Origin: a virus
Lineage: Duplodnaviria > Caudoviricetes
Length of the DNA stretch: 37,766 nt
Direction: 5' to 3' (one strand)
Virus record (IMG/VR): IMGVR_UViG_3300010150_000056
Coordinates: 1 to 37,766 of that record
A program made the translations under genes and the position numbers. Below, piece by piece: positions 1-7,636 of the stretch (its first letter is position 1; every line of letters begins with the position of its first letter). The notes under the pieces are model-generated. The model made no database searches. It had not been told where the DNA came from and saw only the letters and a program-made list of their open reading frames with translations.

Positions 1-79
1 GTGTTTGTTCATTCTCTTCCCATTCCCACTTATCACCTTTACTATTAGTAAATTGTTTTGTTGTCTTCTTAAGTTTCAT
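1..79 (-). CDS. hypothetical phage protein, 5' part only (runs off window)
   Basis: Manual translation MKLKKTTKQFTNSKGDKWEWEENEQT; ATG overlaps the stop of the upstream gene (ATGA). Confidence 0.6.
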   Translation of the reverse strand, partial: MKLKKTTKQFTNSKGDKWEWEENEQT

Positions 80-405
80 TGGAAGAAGTCCTCTAGGGTG
101 GAGAATAGTTGACGTTTAGGTTTCTTGTAGTTAGATTTGAATGTATGAGTATGCTCGGGGAAGATATCAATACGTGAGTTCTTCTTGTTGAGTTTGTATC
201 TAATGAGGTGTTTGTTTAGATGATGTTCACACTCAAACATAGCAATGATCTTATCATTATGATAGATCCATTCAAGTCTGTATGGGAAGTGTTTAGAATG
301 TGGTGGCCAATCAGTAATGTTCTTCCGCCGATCCGTAATCTTCAAAGTCTTCGGAGAGGCTTTGGATTTTCTTTTTGTAGTAGAGGGCTTCGAGTTCTTC
401 TTCAT
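76..405 (-). CDS. hypothetical cyanophage protein
   Basis: ORF track 76..417; start uncertain (417 or 405); C-terminal FPYRLEW..FECEHHL..RYKL looks protein-like; coupled to next gene. Confidence 0.6.
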   Translation of the reverse strand: MKKNSKPSTTKRKSKASPKTLKITDRRKNITDWPPHSKHFPYRLEWIYHNDKIIAMFECEHHLNKHLIRYKLNKKNSRIDIFPEHTHTFKSNYKKPKRQLFSTLEDFFQ

Positions 406-589
406 TGTAGTATACAATCAGGTCATCATCATCAGCATGATCAGGATGCATCCACTCATAGAATTCATCAGCAAGAGAGAAAGCATCTTCCATACGATCT
501 TTACGTATGAGAAACTTGAATCTACGTAGTCTATTCTCCATGATGGTGTCCATCTGTCTGGAGAGTCGTTCTTGAGTTGCCTTATTCAT
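311..589 (-). CDS. hypothetical protein
   Basis: ORF track 311..607; likely start MNKATQ overlapping the upstream gene end. Confidence 0.7.
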   Translation of the reverse strand: MNKATQERLSRQMDTIMENRLRRFKFLIRKDRMEDAFSLADEFYEWMHPDHADDDDLIVYYNEEELEALYYKKKIQSLSEDFEDYGSAEEHY

Positions 590-809
590 GAGTGGTAGTG
601 AGTTCATTCTTGAGGTGATCGTACTGTACGAAAGTATAACCTTCAGGTAATGCTTTCATCAGTGCTGCAGCAAACTCGGCAGGATAATGACCATGATAAC
701 GCCAGAACAATTGATATTCTCTGTCAGAGATATTCAACCGTGGCTTGACCTTCAGTTCTTCAGTGATGGGTTCTAGTAGTTCTAGAACATGTTCAGTGAT
801 GAGATTCAT
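582..809 (-). CDS. hypothetical protein
   Basis: 75-aa ORF, ATGA overlap with upstream gene. Confidence 0.75.
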   Translation of the reverse strand: MNLITEHVLELLEPITEELKVKPRLNISDREYQLFWRYHGHYPAEFAAALMKALPEGYTFVQYDHLKNELTTTHE

Positions 810-1030
810 TTGGTATACATGTAAGTGTTGTTGTACGTCAGCAAGAAATCATATGCTGCTTTATACATTTGATACTCTTCAGGAAGCATATCTTCCCAAT
901 CTAAAGTATCATGACTATCCCAGTCAATTGTGCCGTCAACATCAACCAGATAAGTTGATACCTGACCATTCTCTAACATGATTGCCTCGCCATTGACGAC
1001 GACATACATCTCGGATTCCATCGTGCTCAT
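806..1030 (-). CDS. hypothetical acidic protein
   Basis: 74-aa ORF directly downstream of a near-consensus sigma70 promoter. Confidence 0.75.
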   Translation of the reverse strand: MSTMESEMYVVVNGEAIMLENGQVSTYLVDVDGTIDWDSHDTLDWEDMLPEEYQMYKAAYDFLLTYNNTYMYTK

Positions 1031-1045
1031 GATTGAACTGAAGGT

Positions 1046-1074
1046 AGTATACTATGTATTGAGTGAACTGTCAA
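1046..1074 (-). promoter_or_regulatory. sigma70-type promoter
   Basis: TTGACA-17nt-TATACT on the minus strand, 15 nt before the ATG at 1030. Confidence 0.85.
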
Positions 1075-1529
1075 CCCTTGCGGTACAGATAACCACCACT
1101 CCAATCAGCATGCTCTAACATCCAATTGCGTTGTGAAATAATCAGCAGATTAAATCTTACACCCTTGGCAGGTGCTTTGATACTTGCTGGCTTATATACA
1201 TCACCAGTCTTACGATCAACAAATGCATGCACACTACGTGAACCATTGGCATTCATCATGATCTTATGATACTTACGTCCAGTATCAACTGTGAAGTTAT
1301 AACCACAACGACCATCTTTTAGATCATCAATACATGCTTGATGATACTCTGGACGATCAGATGATGGCATCAAGAACTCATGACGACGCATTGATTCATT
1401 AATAAAATTAGATACAAGTGCATCACATAACTCAAAGCAATATTTGGTGATATTCAATTGAATTGTGTTCTGTGCATCCTTCTGGGCACAATAGTCTGAA
1501 AACTCTTTGTTCAATGGTGTCGTGGTCAT
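1071..1529 (-). CDS. conserved hypothetical phage early protein
   Basis: 152 aa; GRKYHKI..SVHAFVD.KTGDVYKPAS.KAPAKGVRFNL..ADW.GGYLY pattern recalled from cyanomyoviruses; GAGG RBS. Confidence 0.85.
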   Translation of the reverse strand: MTTTPLNKEFSDYCAQKDAQNTIQLNITKYCFELCDALVSNFINESMRRHEFLMPSSDRPEYHQACIDDLKDGRCGYNFTVDTGRKYHKIMMNANGSRSVHAFVDRKTGDVYKPASIKAPAKGVRFNLLIISQRNWMLEHADWSGGYLYRKG

Positions 1530-1550
1530 GAATGCCTCGCTGTTGTGTTT

Positions 1551-1607
1551 AGTATAATGGATGGAGAGCGTCAGACCATACGGACTGTGACACTATGAGT
1601 ACCGTCC
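1551..1607 (-). promoter_or_regulatory. early promoter with bipartite upstream motif
   Basis: GGACGGT-N6-AGTGTCAC; second box starts 38 nt upstream of TATACT. Confidence 0.7.
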
Positions 1608-1732
1608 TTATTCATTTGACGAGTGTAGAGATCATTGTGGATACTACGTGCCAGTGCTTCTTCCATCGTTTGGTAGCATACCTCACCCTCTTCAGGAGTG
1701 ACAGCAGTGATCTCGTAATACTCGTGTTGCAT
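1571..1732 (-). CDS. small hypothetical protein (53 aa)
   Basis: Manual translation MQHEYYEITAVTPEEGEVCYQ...; immediately downstream of the promoter at 1755-1811. Confidence 0.65.
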   Translation of the reverse strand: MQHEYYEITAVTPEEGEVCYQTMEEALARSIHNDLYTRQMNKDGTHSVTVRMV

Positions 1733-1754
1733 GGTGTGTTCCCTTGACTCTCTT

Positions 1755-1811
1755 AATATACAGCCCTATGGGGTCACTGTCAAGCGTTCTCACCAGTTTC
1801 TGAACTGTCAC
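1755..1811 (-). promoter_or_regulatory. early promoter: sigma70 -35/-10 plus bipartite motif
   Basis: GTGACAGT-N6-ACTGGTG, then TTGACA-17nt-TATATT. Confidence 0.85.
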
Positions 1812-2014
1812 CCATGATTGTCCATAAACTCATCCAGTGTGTAACCTTCACCAGTTGATGTCTCCTCTACCAATTCTTCAATGGTAAGTAACTCTAACTT
1901 GAGACGATACTCCTCTGGTGTGTCATCATCAGGATCATAATCATCATGACAAAGATAGTCCCACTCATGTACGAGTGCATCAATCAGTTGTTCCTTGCTG
2001 TACGTTAGTGTCAT
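1808..2014 (-). CDS. hypothetical acidic protein
   Basis: ORF track 1808..2065; likely start MTLTYSKEQL. Confidence 0.7.
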   Translation of the reverse strand: MTLTYSKEQLIDALVHEWDYLCHDDYDPDDDTPEEYRLKLELLTIEELVEETSTGEGYTLDEFMDNHG

Positions 2015-2333
2015 CGGTTTCAATTGGTTGTGGTGCGACTGATGGTACGAATGGATCACGATCACGGTTCTTAATCACAATGAATGCATCGCGATTATAC
2101 TTTACCTCACCAAGTGGTGTTGACCACTTCTTATTATATCCTTCAGGTTGATCGATACCTGATGTCTGACTACCTGAAATTGTAATCTCAATGTCATCAT
2201 CAAGCTCCCACTTCAACTTATCAAACAGTGATAGGATTAACCTCTCCAATGGTGATTGCTTATGTTCATCAAAGAGTCCAGGAGTACGATAAGTATTTGG
2301 ATCGTCCTCCATATTCATTTGTTCTATAGTCAT
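1980..2333 (-). CDS. hypothetical protein
   Basis: 117-aa ORF, ATGA-coupled to upstream gene. Confidence 0.75.
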   Translation of the reverse strand: MTIEQMNMEDDPNTYRTPGLFDEHKQSPLERLILSLFDKLKWELDDDIEITISGSQTSGIDQPEGYNKKWSTPLGEVKYNRDAFIVIKNRDRDPFVPSVAPQPIETDDTNVQQGTTD

Positions 2334-2605
2334 GAGCTTACATATGATTTGAGTAATGGCATTGCACTGTATGCTGTGGTGCTGTTAACGTCAACAGTTT
2401 TACCTGGGCGTTTGTGATTAACTGGTGCAACATAGCACCGCTTCTTTGTGTTGTAGAATCCCCAGATCGAGCGGATAGGCTTATCAGTGTAACTATACCG
2501 AGCGTGATTCCTAATCCAAATGCTAGTGATGTTTGCTTTAAACTCTTCAGTTTCATAGCTATAACCCTCTGGTGGTTGATGTGGGAAATCAGTTGGTAAT
2601 GTCAT
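2330..2605 (-). CDS. conserved hypothetical cyanophage protein
   Basis: 91 aa; DFPH.PPEGYSY..IW..SIWGFY..APVN..PGK.V..TT.YSAMP pattern. Confidence 0.8.
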   Translation of the reverse strand: MTLPTDFPHQPPEGYSYETEEFKANITSIWIRNHARYSYTDKPIRSIWGFYNTKKRCYVAPVNHKRPGKTVDVNSTTAYSAMPLLKSYVSS

Positions 2606-2706
2606 ACAGCATCTAACACTAACAACAACTCATAGCCTGACTCACAGTCATTTAACCAGTGAAGATATGCTGCCCACTGTTGCACAGGTACAAGTCGCAT
2701 TGTCAT
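2602..2706 (-). CDS. small hypothetical protein (34 aa)
   Basis: Manual translation MTMRLVPVQQWAAYLHWLND...; ATGA overlaps at both ends. Confidence 0.5.
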   Translation of the reverse strand: MTMRLVPVQQWAAYLHWLNDCESGYELLLVLDAV

Positions 2707-2843
2707 CGTTGTTTTTGAATGGTTGAGTTGTAGTAGTCCATCATCTGACTATCACGGTGAGCAAGGAACATCAAATAAGATGACATTGCAAACACCGTGA
2801 TGATCAATGCTAGACCATATTGGATAGCGTTACCTTTACTCAT
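2703..2843 (-). CDS. small membrane protein (46 aa)
   Basis: MSKGNAIQYGLALIITVFAMSSYLMFLAHRD...; one hydrophobic helix; ATGA overlaps at both ends. Confidence 0.6.
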   Translation of the reverse strand: MSKGNAIQYGLALIITVFAMSSYLMFLAHRDSQMMDYYNSTIQKQR

Positions 2844-3091
2844 CCTACTGCCATTGGAGTGTACTCTGAACGAGGCATTTGTGACATGTTGTATCCATTG
2901 ACGGTAGCACCGTTAGCAATACGTGTCTCCCACTCGTTCTGTGCTGTCAACATAGACACAGTGCTGTAAGATTTAGTGCCATTGTTGAATGTAACACGCT
3001 TCTGAAAACGCTTGACGATTACGTTGTCACCTTCAGCGATGAATGCCTCGGGAAAGAAGTCAACAGTGCAGACGTTGTTTGTGAGTTGCAT
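2840..3091 (-). CDS. hypothetical early protein
   Basis: 83-aa ORF downstream of the promoter at 3119-3175. Confidence 0.8.
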   Translation of the reverse strand: MQLTNNVCTVDFFPEAFIAEGDNVIVKRFQKRVTFNNGTKSYSTVSMLTAQNEWETRIANGATVNGYNMSQMPRSEYTPMAVG

Positions 3092-3118
3092 GACGTGGGG
3101 TGTTTGGTTGATGAATTA

Positions 3119-3175
3119 AGTATAGGGCATCTGGTGCCCTGTGGGTCAGTTGGTGGGCACTTCCTCTGCTGGCAC
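3119..3175 (-). promoter_or_regulatory. early promoter with bipartite upstream motif
   Basis: GTGCCAGC-N6-AGTGCCCAC; second box 37 nt upstream of TATACT. Confidence 0.75.
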
Positions 3176-3382
3176 ACGGGAGACAGTGTAGCGACGGATC
3201 TGTTGAGAGTATTGACGCCACTGCTCAATAGTCTCATTCACAATACGCTCCATCTGCCTCTCCATGCCCTTGTGAGTCGTACACTTGCCACACTTGCGGA
3301 AATACACGATGGGGTGCTGTGGAGCGTCTACAGTGTCGATCTCGATGCGATAGTGAGAGTGCTTGACTGCTGTGACTGCCAT
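3146..3382 (-). CDS. hypothetical early protein
   Basis: 78-aa ORF downstream of the promoter at 3406-3462. Confidence 0.75.
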   Translation of the reverse strand: MAVTAVKHSHYRIEIDTVDAPQHPIVYFRKCGKCTTHKGMERQMERIVNETIEQWRQYSQQIRRYTVSRVPAEEVPTN

Positions 3383-3405
3383 GGGTGCCTTGCTTTGACT
3401 CTCTT

Positions 3406-3462
3406 AATATACATGGTTTTGGAGTGCTGTGCCACAATAGTGGACACTTCACATACTGGTCA
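3406..3462 (-). promoter_or_regulatory. early promoter with bipartite upstream motif
   Basis: TGACCAGT-N6-AGTGTCCAC; second box 37 nt upstream of TATATT. Confidence 0.75.
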
Positions 3463-3664
3463 GCTTGGACATGCCGATGAACAAGAGGAATGCCAACATG
3501 ATCACCACGTCCCATGCTTTAGTGCGAATGAAATACGGTACACTGATTAGATCAGCCACAAAATGAATGATCACACCAAGTAATACATTTACATGCAAGA
3601 CAATAAAATAGGCAGTGATGACTCCAACACTGCCTACAATTCTTGCTTTACTATCAAGTTTCAT
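3449..3664 (-). CDS. small multi-pass membrane protein
   Basis: 71 aa, about three hydrophobic segments. Confidence 0.75.
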   Translation of the reverse strand: MKLDSKARIVGSVGVITAYFIVLHVNVLLGVIIHFVADLISVPYFIRTKAWDVVIMLAFLLFIGMSKLTSM

Positions 3665-3924
3665 GCGTTCTTCAATTGTGTACGAATACTCTTCAGATCA
3701 TATAGAGCAATGTCTATCTGTGCTGCAAGTAAACCCATAGCATATGAATAGGATGGGGCAGGAGAGTCGTCTATGGGGTCCACGAAGGGCATTCCATCCA
3801 CGTCAACGGGAGAATCCATCCTAGTCGCTGCATCGGCACGTTCTAGCGCCTCCTGGAGGGACTTGATTGTACGCTCTAGATTCTGATCAATGAACATTAG
3901 TTCCCAGGTCGATGGTGGTGACAT
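3661..3924 (-). CDS. hypothetical protein
   Basis: 87-aa ORF; start may instead be the internal MFIDQ. Confidence 0.7.
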   Translation of the reverse strand: MSPPSTWELMFIDQNLERTIKSLQEALERADAATRMDSPVDVDGMPFVDPIDDSPAPSYSYAMGLLAAQIDIALYDLKSIRTQLKNA

Positions 3925-3929
3925 GCCCT

Positions 3930-3986
3930 ATGATACAGCCTAGTAGTCTGCTAGCAGGTCTTCGGGTACAGTTTCAATACTGTCCC
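3930..3986 (-). promoter_or_regulatory. early promoter with bipartite upstream motif
   Basis: GGGACAGT-N6-ACTGTACC; second box 37 nt upstream of TATCAT. Confidence 0.7.
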
Positions 3987-4074
3987 ACAGCACCTGCTCG
4001 GCTGCCTCACGCAAGATAGACTCACGAATCGCTGGATCATCAGTCCAGTCGCCTTCATAGTTGTACTGTTCCAT
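3940..4074 (-). CDS. small acidic hypothetical protein (44 aa)
   Basis: Manual translation MEQYNYEGDWTDDPAIRESILREAAEQVLWDSIE... Confidence 0.6.
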   Translation of the reverse strand: MEQYNYEGDWTDDPAIRESILREAAEQVLWDSIETVPEDLLADY

Positions 4075-4078
4075 GTTG

Positions 4079-4270
4079 TCAAGAATCACGTCGGTTTCCA
4101 TTGATAAGGTGAATTTTGTGAAAGTTTTGTTTGTGTACTACGAGACAGACTGATCTAGGAATGTGATCAGGTACAACTTTGATGCATATGGTGCATTGTT
4201 GATCTTCATAGTTGAATGTGACAACACCATAGTATCCGTCATACTCTACCTCTGTTCCTATTGGATACAT
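4079..4270 (-). CDS. hypothetical protein
   Basis: ORF track 4079..4339; likely start MYPIGTEVEY. Confidence 0.65.
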   Translation of the reverse strand: MYPIGTEVEYDGYYGVVTFNYEDQQCTICIKVVPDHIPRSVCLVVHKQNFHKIHLINGNRRDS

Positions 4271-4505
4271 AGCTGTCTCTTGTGCATGGTTGATCTTGAA
4301 TTGAGAGGAAGTCAGTGTCAGGATATAGTTTGTGAGCAATATACTGTGCTAGATCTCTATCGGGTGCGATGAGATATGTGTCAACAGTATACACACCATT
4401 AGGTGGTTCTGCTTGATCATCTTGCCACTCTTGTTCGATCTCAACCTTCCACACATGACCGCTGTCTAGATGTGAATCAAAGTCATGAATAACATCAGCA
4501 GTCAT
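4239..4505 (-). CDS. hypothetical protein
   Basis: ORF track 4239..4583; likely start MTADVIHDF. Confidence 0.7.
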   Translation of the reverse strand: MTADVIHDFDSHLDSGHVWKVEIEQEWQDDQAEPPNGVYTVDTYLIAPDRDLAQYIAHKLYPDTDFLSIQDQPCTRDSYVSNRNRGRV

Positions 4506-4638
4506 AGAATCTATCATGCATGTCGGACATTTGTTGTTTGAGTTCTTTGATGTATGCAGATAGATCGTTGATGGTATCTGCATGATCTTTGATGAGTGAT
4601 TTCATCTCATCTACCATGGATTGTTCGATATCAGTCAT
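4495..4638 (-). CDS. small coiled-coil protein (47 aa)
   Basis: Manual translation MTDIEQSMVDEMKSLIKDHADTINDLSAYIKELKQQMSDM... Confidence 0.6.
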   Translation of the reverse strand: MTDIEQSMVDEMKSLIKDHADTINDLSAYIKELKQQMSDMHDRFYDC

Positions 4639-4674
4639 GGATGAATAGTCGTACATTATTCAATGATATGTATA

Positions 4675-4791
4675 CTACAGAAGAAACTCTTCGATATAAT
4701 AATCTACAGTCACTTCATAATGTGCAGCACGAGCTTCTAATGCGAGTGCAAATGCATCAGGAACAACATTCTGCAACGATGAACTTGACAT
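4675..4791 (-). CDS. small hypothetical protein
   Basis: C-terminal LEARAAHYEVTVDYYIEEF; start uncertain. Confidence 0.55.
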   Translation of the reverse strand: MSSSSLQNVVPDAFALALEARAAHYEVTVDYYIEEFLL

Positions 4792-4918
4792 CTGCGTAGT
4801 TTTGGTATCCATTGTATTTGACGAAATCGCAGACAGTTTGTGCAGTTTGTCGAGAAACGATGTGTCGTTGAAGAAATTTTCCACTGTTAGATTGAATGGT
4901 GAGTTCGTACTTTTGCAT
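4757..4918 (-). CDS. small hypothetical protein (53 aa)
   Basis: Manual translation MQKYELTIQSNSGKFLQRHIV...; begins 2 nt after the upstream stop. Confidence 0.55.
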   Translation of the reverse strand: MQKYELTIQSNSGKFLQRHIVSRQTAQTVCDFVKYNGYQNYADVKFIVAECCS

Positions 4919-4920
4919 GA

Positions 4921-5067
4921 TCAGTTGTTGTCGTCAGTGTTTGCTTCGTGATCATTAATCAACTGATCAATGTCTTCATCAGTGAGCGATAGGATGGATG
5001 GAATGTCATCACTTACATCATCGAAGTCGAAGATCTCGCCTTCCATATCGTTGATCTCATCCCACAT
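4921..5067 (-). CDS. very acidic small protein (48 aa)
   Basis: MWDEINDMEGEIFDFDD...; AGGAG RBS; first gene after the promoter at 5096-5153. Confidence 0.7.
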   Translation of the reverse strand: MWDEINDMEGEIFDFDDVSDDIPSILSLTDEDIDQLINDHEANTDDNN

Positions 5068-5095
5068 GGTGTGCTCCTGTGTTGTGTACTTGCAT

Positions 5096-5153
5096 ATTGT
5101 AGAGTGTAGAGAGCGCACAGCAACGGGTAGTGTGCAGCTTTGCGTAGTGTCAC
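5096..5153 (-). promoter_or_regulatory. early promoter with bipartite upstream motif
   Basis: GTGACACT-N7-GCTGCACAC; second box 37 nt upstream of TACAAT. Confidence 0.65.
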
Positions 5154-5338
5154 AAGAGGTCTAGATCTTTTCCATGTCTTCCTGTAGACAGGATGGTGTT
5201 AACTTTAGTCGCTAACTTGGAGACACTACCATACTTTGTCGTGACAATACTCTCTTGTCCGCGTGTCATGTAATTCAGTGCGCTCCAAATGATATTTAAT
5301 TCTTCTTTGGTCAGTGTTACTTGAATGGACATTGCCAA
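5150..5338 (-). CDS. hypothetical protein
   Basis: 62-aa ORF; probable start MSIQV. Confidence 0.6.
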   Translation of the reverse strand: MAMSIQVTLTKEELNIIWSALNYMTRGQESIVTTKYGSVSKLATKVNTILSTGRHGKDLDLL

Positions 5339-5520
5339 GTTGCGTGGTCTTCATCAGATATTCTACCACAATTGTGTAGTGTGTCAAGGAAAAAAGACCA
5401 GTACAATTGCTTACCTGCTGCATCTCCACGCAATTCTTTATGCCAAACCTTTATCATACGTCTGCATATCCATAATGCTTCACGTTTCGTCAGGGTCTTT
5501 TGGGTTGTTGTGTGTGCCAT
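5317..5520 (-). CDS. hypothetical protein
   Basis: 67-aa ORF ending W..F.D.L...G.IS...TW.CPF. Confidence 0.7.
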   Translation of the reverse strand: MAHTTTQKTLTKREALWICRRMIKVWHKELRGDAAGKQLYWSFFLDTLHNCGRISDEDHATWQCPFK

Positions 5521-5653
5521 ATACTGATATGAAATTGAGAAATGAATTGATACTACGTTCTGTGCATAATGATCGCTTCGCTTCTAACCAATACTCATAT
5601 TCATCCTGTAGATCTGATCCTAGTTCAATATTTACTCTGCGATTGGTCCCCAT
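5480..5653 (-). CDS. small hypothetical protein (57 aa)
   Basis: Manual translation MGTNRRVNIELGSDLQDEYEYWLEAKRSL..SINSFLNF; fills the gap between neighbours. Confidence 0.6.
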   Translation of the reverse strand: MGTNRRVNIELGSDLQDEYEYWLEAKRSLCTERSINSFLNFISVYGTHNNPKDPDET

Positions 5654-5853
5654 GTTCCGCTATCTCCAAAGTTACGGTTATCTAGCTTATCCATGATACT
5701 ATCCATTTGTTTCATTGAGTCAATTTTAGTGATCATCTCTGCAATAACGTTACAAACGAAAGGTTTCTCTTGTCTTGCAGCAAATGCTAATGCATTACGT
5801 AGGTTAGACTCTGCTTCATCCAGTGAGTCTTCAACTGATTTTGATAGTGCCAT
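5632..5853 (-). CDS. conserved hypothetical cyanophage protein
   Basis: MALSKSVEDSLDEAESNLRNALAFAARQEKP...; TAATG coupling. Confidence 0.8.
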   Translation of the reverse strand: MALSKSVEDSLDEAESNLRNALAFAARQEKPFVCNVIAEMITKIDSMKQMDSIMDKLDNRNFGDSGTWGPIAE

Positions 5854-5996
5854 TAGTTTTCTTTCTTTAGTGTGAATGATCCATCTTTGTTATCTATCCA
5901 TAATAGTGTGTCACCTGGATGCCAATCTAATGCATCCATGAGCTCATCAGGAAATGTGAGTACACCTTCATCATCAACAGGAACAATATATCTCAT
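5853..5996 (-). CDS. AbrB/MazE/SpoVT-like small DNA-binding protein (47 aa)
   Basis: Manual translation MRYIVPVDDEGVLTFPDELMDALDWHPGDTLLWIDNKDGSFTLKKEN; swapped-hairpin pattern G.L.FP..L...L.W..GD.L; TAATG coupling at both ends. Confidence 0.75.
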   Translation of the reverse strand: MRYIVPVDDEGVLTFPDELMDALDWHPGDTLLWIDNKDGSFTLKKEN

Positions 5997-6508
5997 TAAA
6001 TCCAGTCAGGTTTACGATTTGGTAGTCGTAGGTAATTACTAGCTACCCATGGTTTAGAAGCAATATACATTTTATATGCCGTCAATGTATCTATACTATC
6101 ATCAAACTTGTACTCTTCAGGCATTGCACGAACAAATGGAGTATGATTATCCCACTTCACATAAGGAATGATCTCATCAGCAACAAGGAGAGTCTTGAAA
6201 CAAGTATGGCATTTACCATATCGATTGAAATACTCTTCACATAATGCTATACCATGAGCAAGCAACCATCTAGAGTTCTCTACAGTTTCATTCGCCCATT
6301 TAGTACAAGGATGATTACGGAATGCACCTTTATCAGTAGCATATGGATTACCATCTGCTTTAGGTATTGTGCCATAACTATGTCCCCACTTGTTAGAGCA
6401 CACAATAGATAGCATCTGACATGTTTCTAACGGCATCTTGACAATATGCTTGTCAGGTAGACACTCTGCTGATTCAGTCGGATGCTGGCTCGTTACGAAA
6501 ATATTCAT
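5996..6508 (-). CDS. pyrimidine dimer DNA glycosylase / endonuclease V-like protein
   Basis: MNIF....P..SA..L.DKHIVKMPLETCQMLS...HPCTKWA...EY..RYGK.H family pattern. Confidence 0.75.
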   Translation of the reverse strand: MNIFVTSQHPTESAECLPDKHIVKMPLETCQMLSIVCSNKWGHSYGTIPKADGNPYATDKGAFRNHPCTKWANETVENSRWLLAHGIALCEEYFNRYGKCHTCFKTLLVADEIIPYVKWDNHTPFVRAMPEEYKFDDSIDTLTAYKMYIASKPWVASNYLRLPNRKPDWI

Positions 6509-7172
6509 CAGGTAGGTACGCACTCCTATTAATAGCAAGATTAAAGCTGAATGTCAACCTCATCTTATTACGATTCTCCTTACCTACCTTTACAGCATGT
6601 TTCAGATGTGGTGGGAACAACAATATATGTCCATCATGGATATATGATGTCCAGAGTTCTTCGTAATAATCACGGATCTTACTATCACTATGCTTGAACA
6701 GTTGTTGTGTACGCATAGAAAGATCTGTTTTCTGGAATGTCAACTGTCCTTCACAACAATTGTTTGCAAAGTATATGCCAGACCAGTATGGGTTTAGGTT
6801 ATCAGGTGACAAATGATCGTGTGGTTCTTGACCATGCTCTTCATAGTATGCATTATACCAGAAGTTACTGTATCGTATGTCAACTGGCATATTATAGCAA
6901 GCAAGAACTTTCTGGCAATGCTCTAACACATCTCTTTTAACATTCTCCGCAGTCTCATGATCGAGATACGGATCATCCTCCTTAATATCAGGAAATGATG
7001 TGTTGAGAGGAGTAAACCACACATCTGGCTTTCTAACTACCTTGTCAAATGATTTCCATTCATATGATTCATGCTTTGGAAATTTAGTAACTATCAATGG
7101 TGTTGCAAAGATGGGTATAGTAGCAATTTCTACTGTTTCACCACTTATGTGATTACTAAACTGTTCCATCAC
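6474..7172 (-). CDS. 2OG-Fe(II) oxygenase superfamily protein (TIGR02466-like)
   Basis: W.N.Y...QEPHDH...WSGIYF...G.ILLFP.HLKHAV...R.TFSFN. Confidence 0.85.
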   Translation of the reverse strand: MMEQFSNHISGETVEIATIPIFATPLIVTKFPKHESYEWKSFDKVVRKPDVWFTPLNTSFPDIKEDDPYLDHETAENVKRDVLEHCQKVLACYNMPVDIRYSNFWYNAYYEEHGQEPHDHLSPDNLNPYWSGIYFANNCCEGQLTFQKTDLSMRTQQLFKHSDSKIRDYYEELWTSYIHDGHILLFPPHLKHAVKVGKENRNKMRLTFSFNLAINRSAYLPDEYFRNEPASD

Positions 7173-7471
7173 AACTTGACACCTTGGGTAGTATTGACAG
7201 CTCTAGTGTACAGATGTAGTGTACCCTCCTGTTCACATTTAAGATGCCAACGTGTCATAACAGTGACACCATCTTTAGTACCACCAGTCATCATTTGACG
7301 ACCTTGCTTTGTCATTGTAGAATACAATCCATACCTAGTTTCCCAGACATAGAATACATCATCAATGAGTTCTGCACCTTCAGGTACAACAACTTCAGTC
7401 ACTTGCTCGCCATTGATACTGTCCATTGTGGACTCCATAATTAGTTTTCCTTGATTGTTGATGGTCTTCAA
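7169..7471 (-). CDS. hypothetical cyanophage protein
   Basis: 100-aa ORF; start may be MESTM. Confidence 0.75.
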   Translation of the reverse strand: MKTINNQGKLIMESTMDSINGEQVTEVVVPEGAELIDDVFYVWETRYGLYSTMTKQGRQMMTGGTKDGVTVMTRWHLKCEQEGTLHLYTRAVNTTQGVKL

Positions 7472-7607
7472 CTAGTTCTAGAATATGTTGAGAGATTTGT
7501 GATGCTGCATCATCGTCCCAGTCACTATCATCTAGTGTCCTGCCCATGTTAAACACTTCGTGCAGTTTGATGTTGATGGAGTCGATTAACATGTCATGTT
7601 TGGTCAT
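7395..7607 (-). CDS. hypothetical protein
   Basis: 70-aa ORF. Confidence 0.65.
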   Translation of the reverse strand: MTKHDMLIDSINIKLHEVFNMGRTLDDSDWDDDAASQISQHILELVEDHQQSRKTNYGVHNGQYQWRASD

Positions 7608-7636
7608 GGCAATAAATGTAAACTTAAGTATATAGA

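Noticed and set aside
3124-3140. agggca/tgccct hairpin as terminator
   Set aside because: Short stem with no clear U-tract, lying inside a promoter spacer
1551-5153. CRISPR-like array from the repeated motifs
   Set aside because: Degenerate, irregularly spaced and tied to -10 boxes; these are promoters
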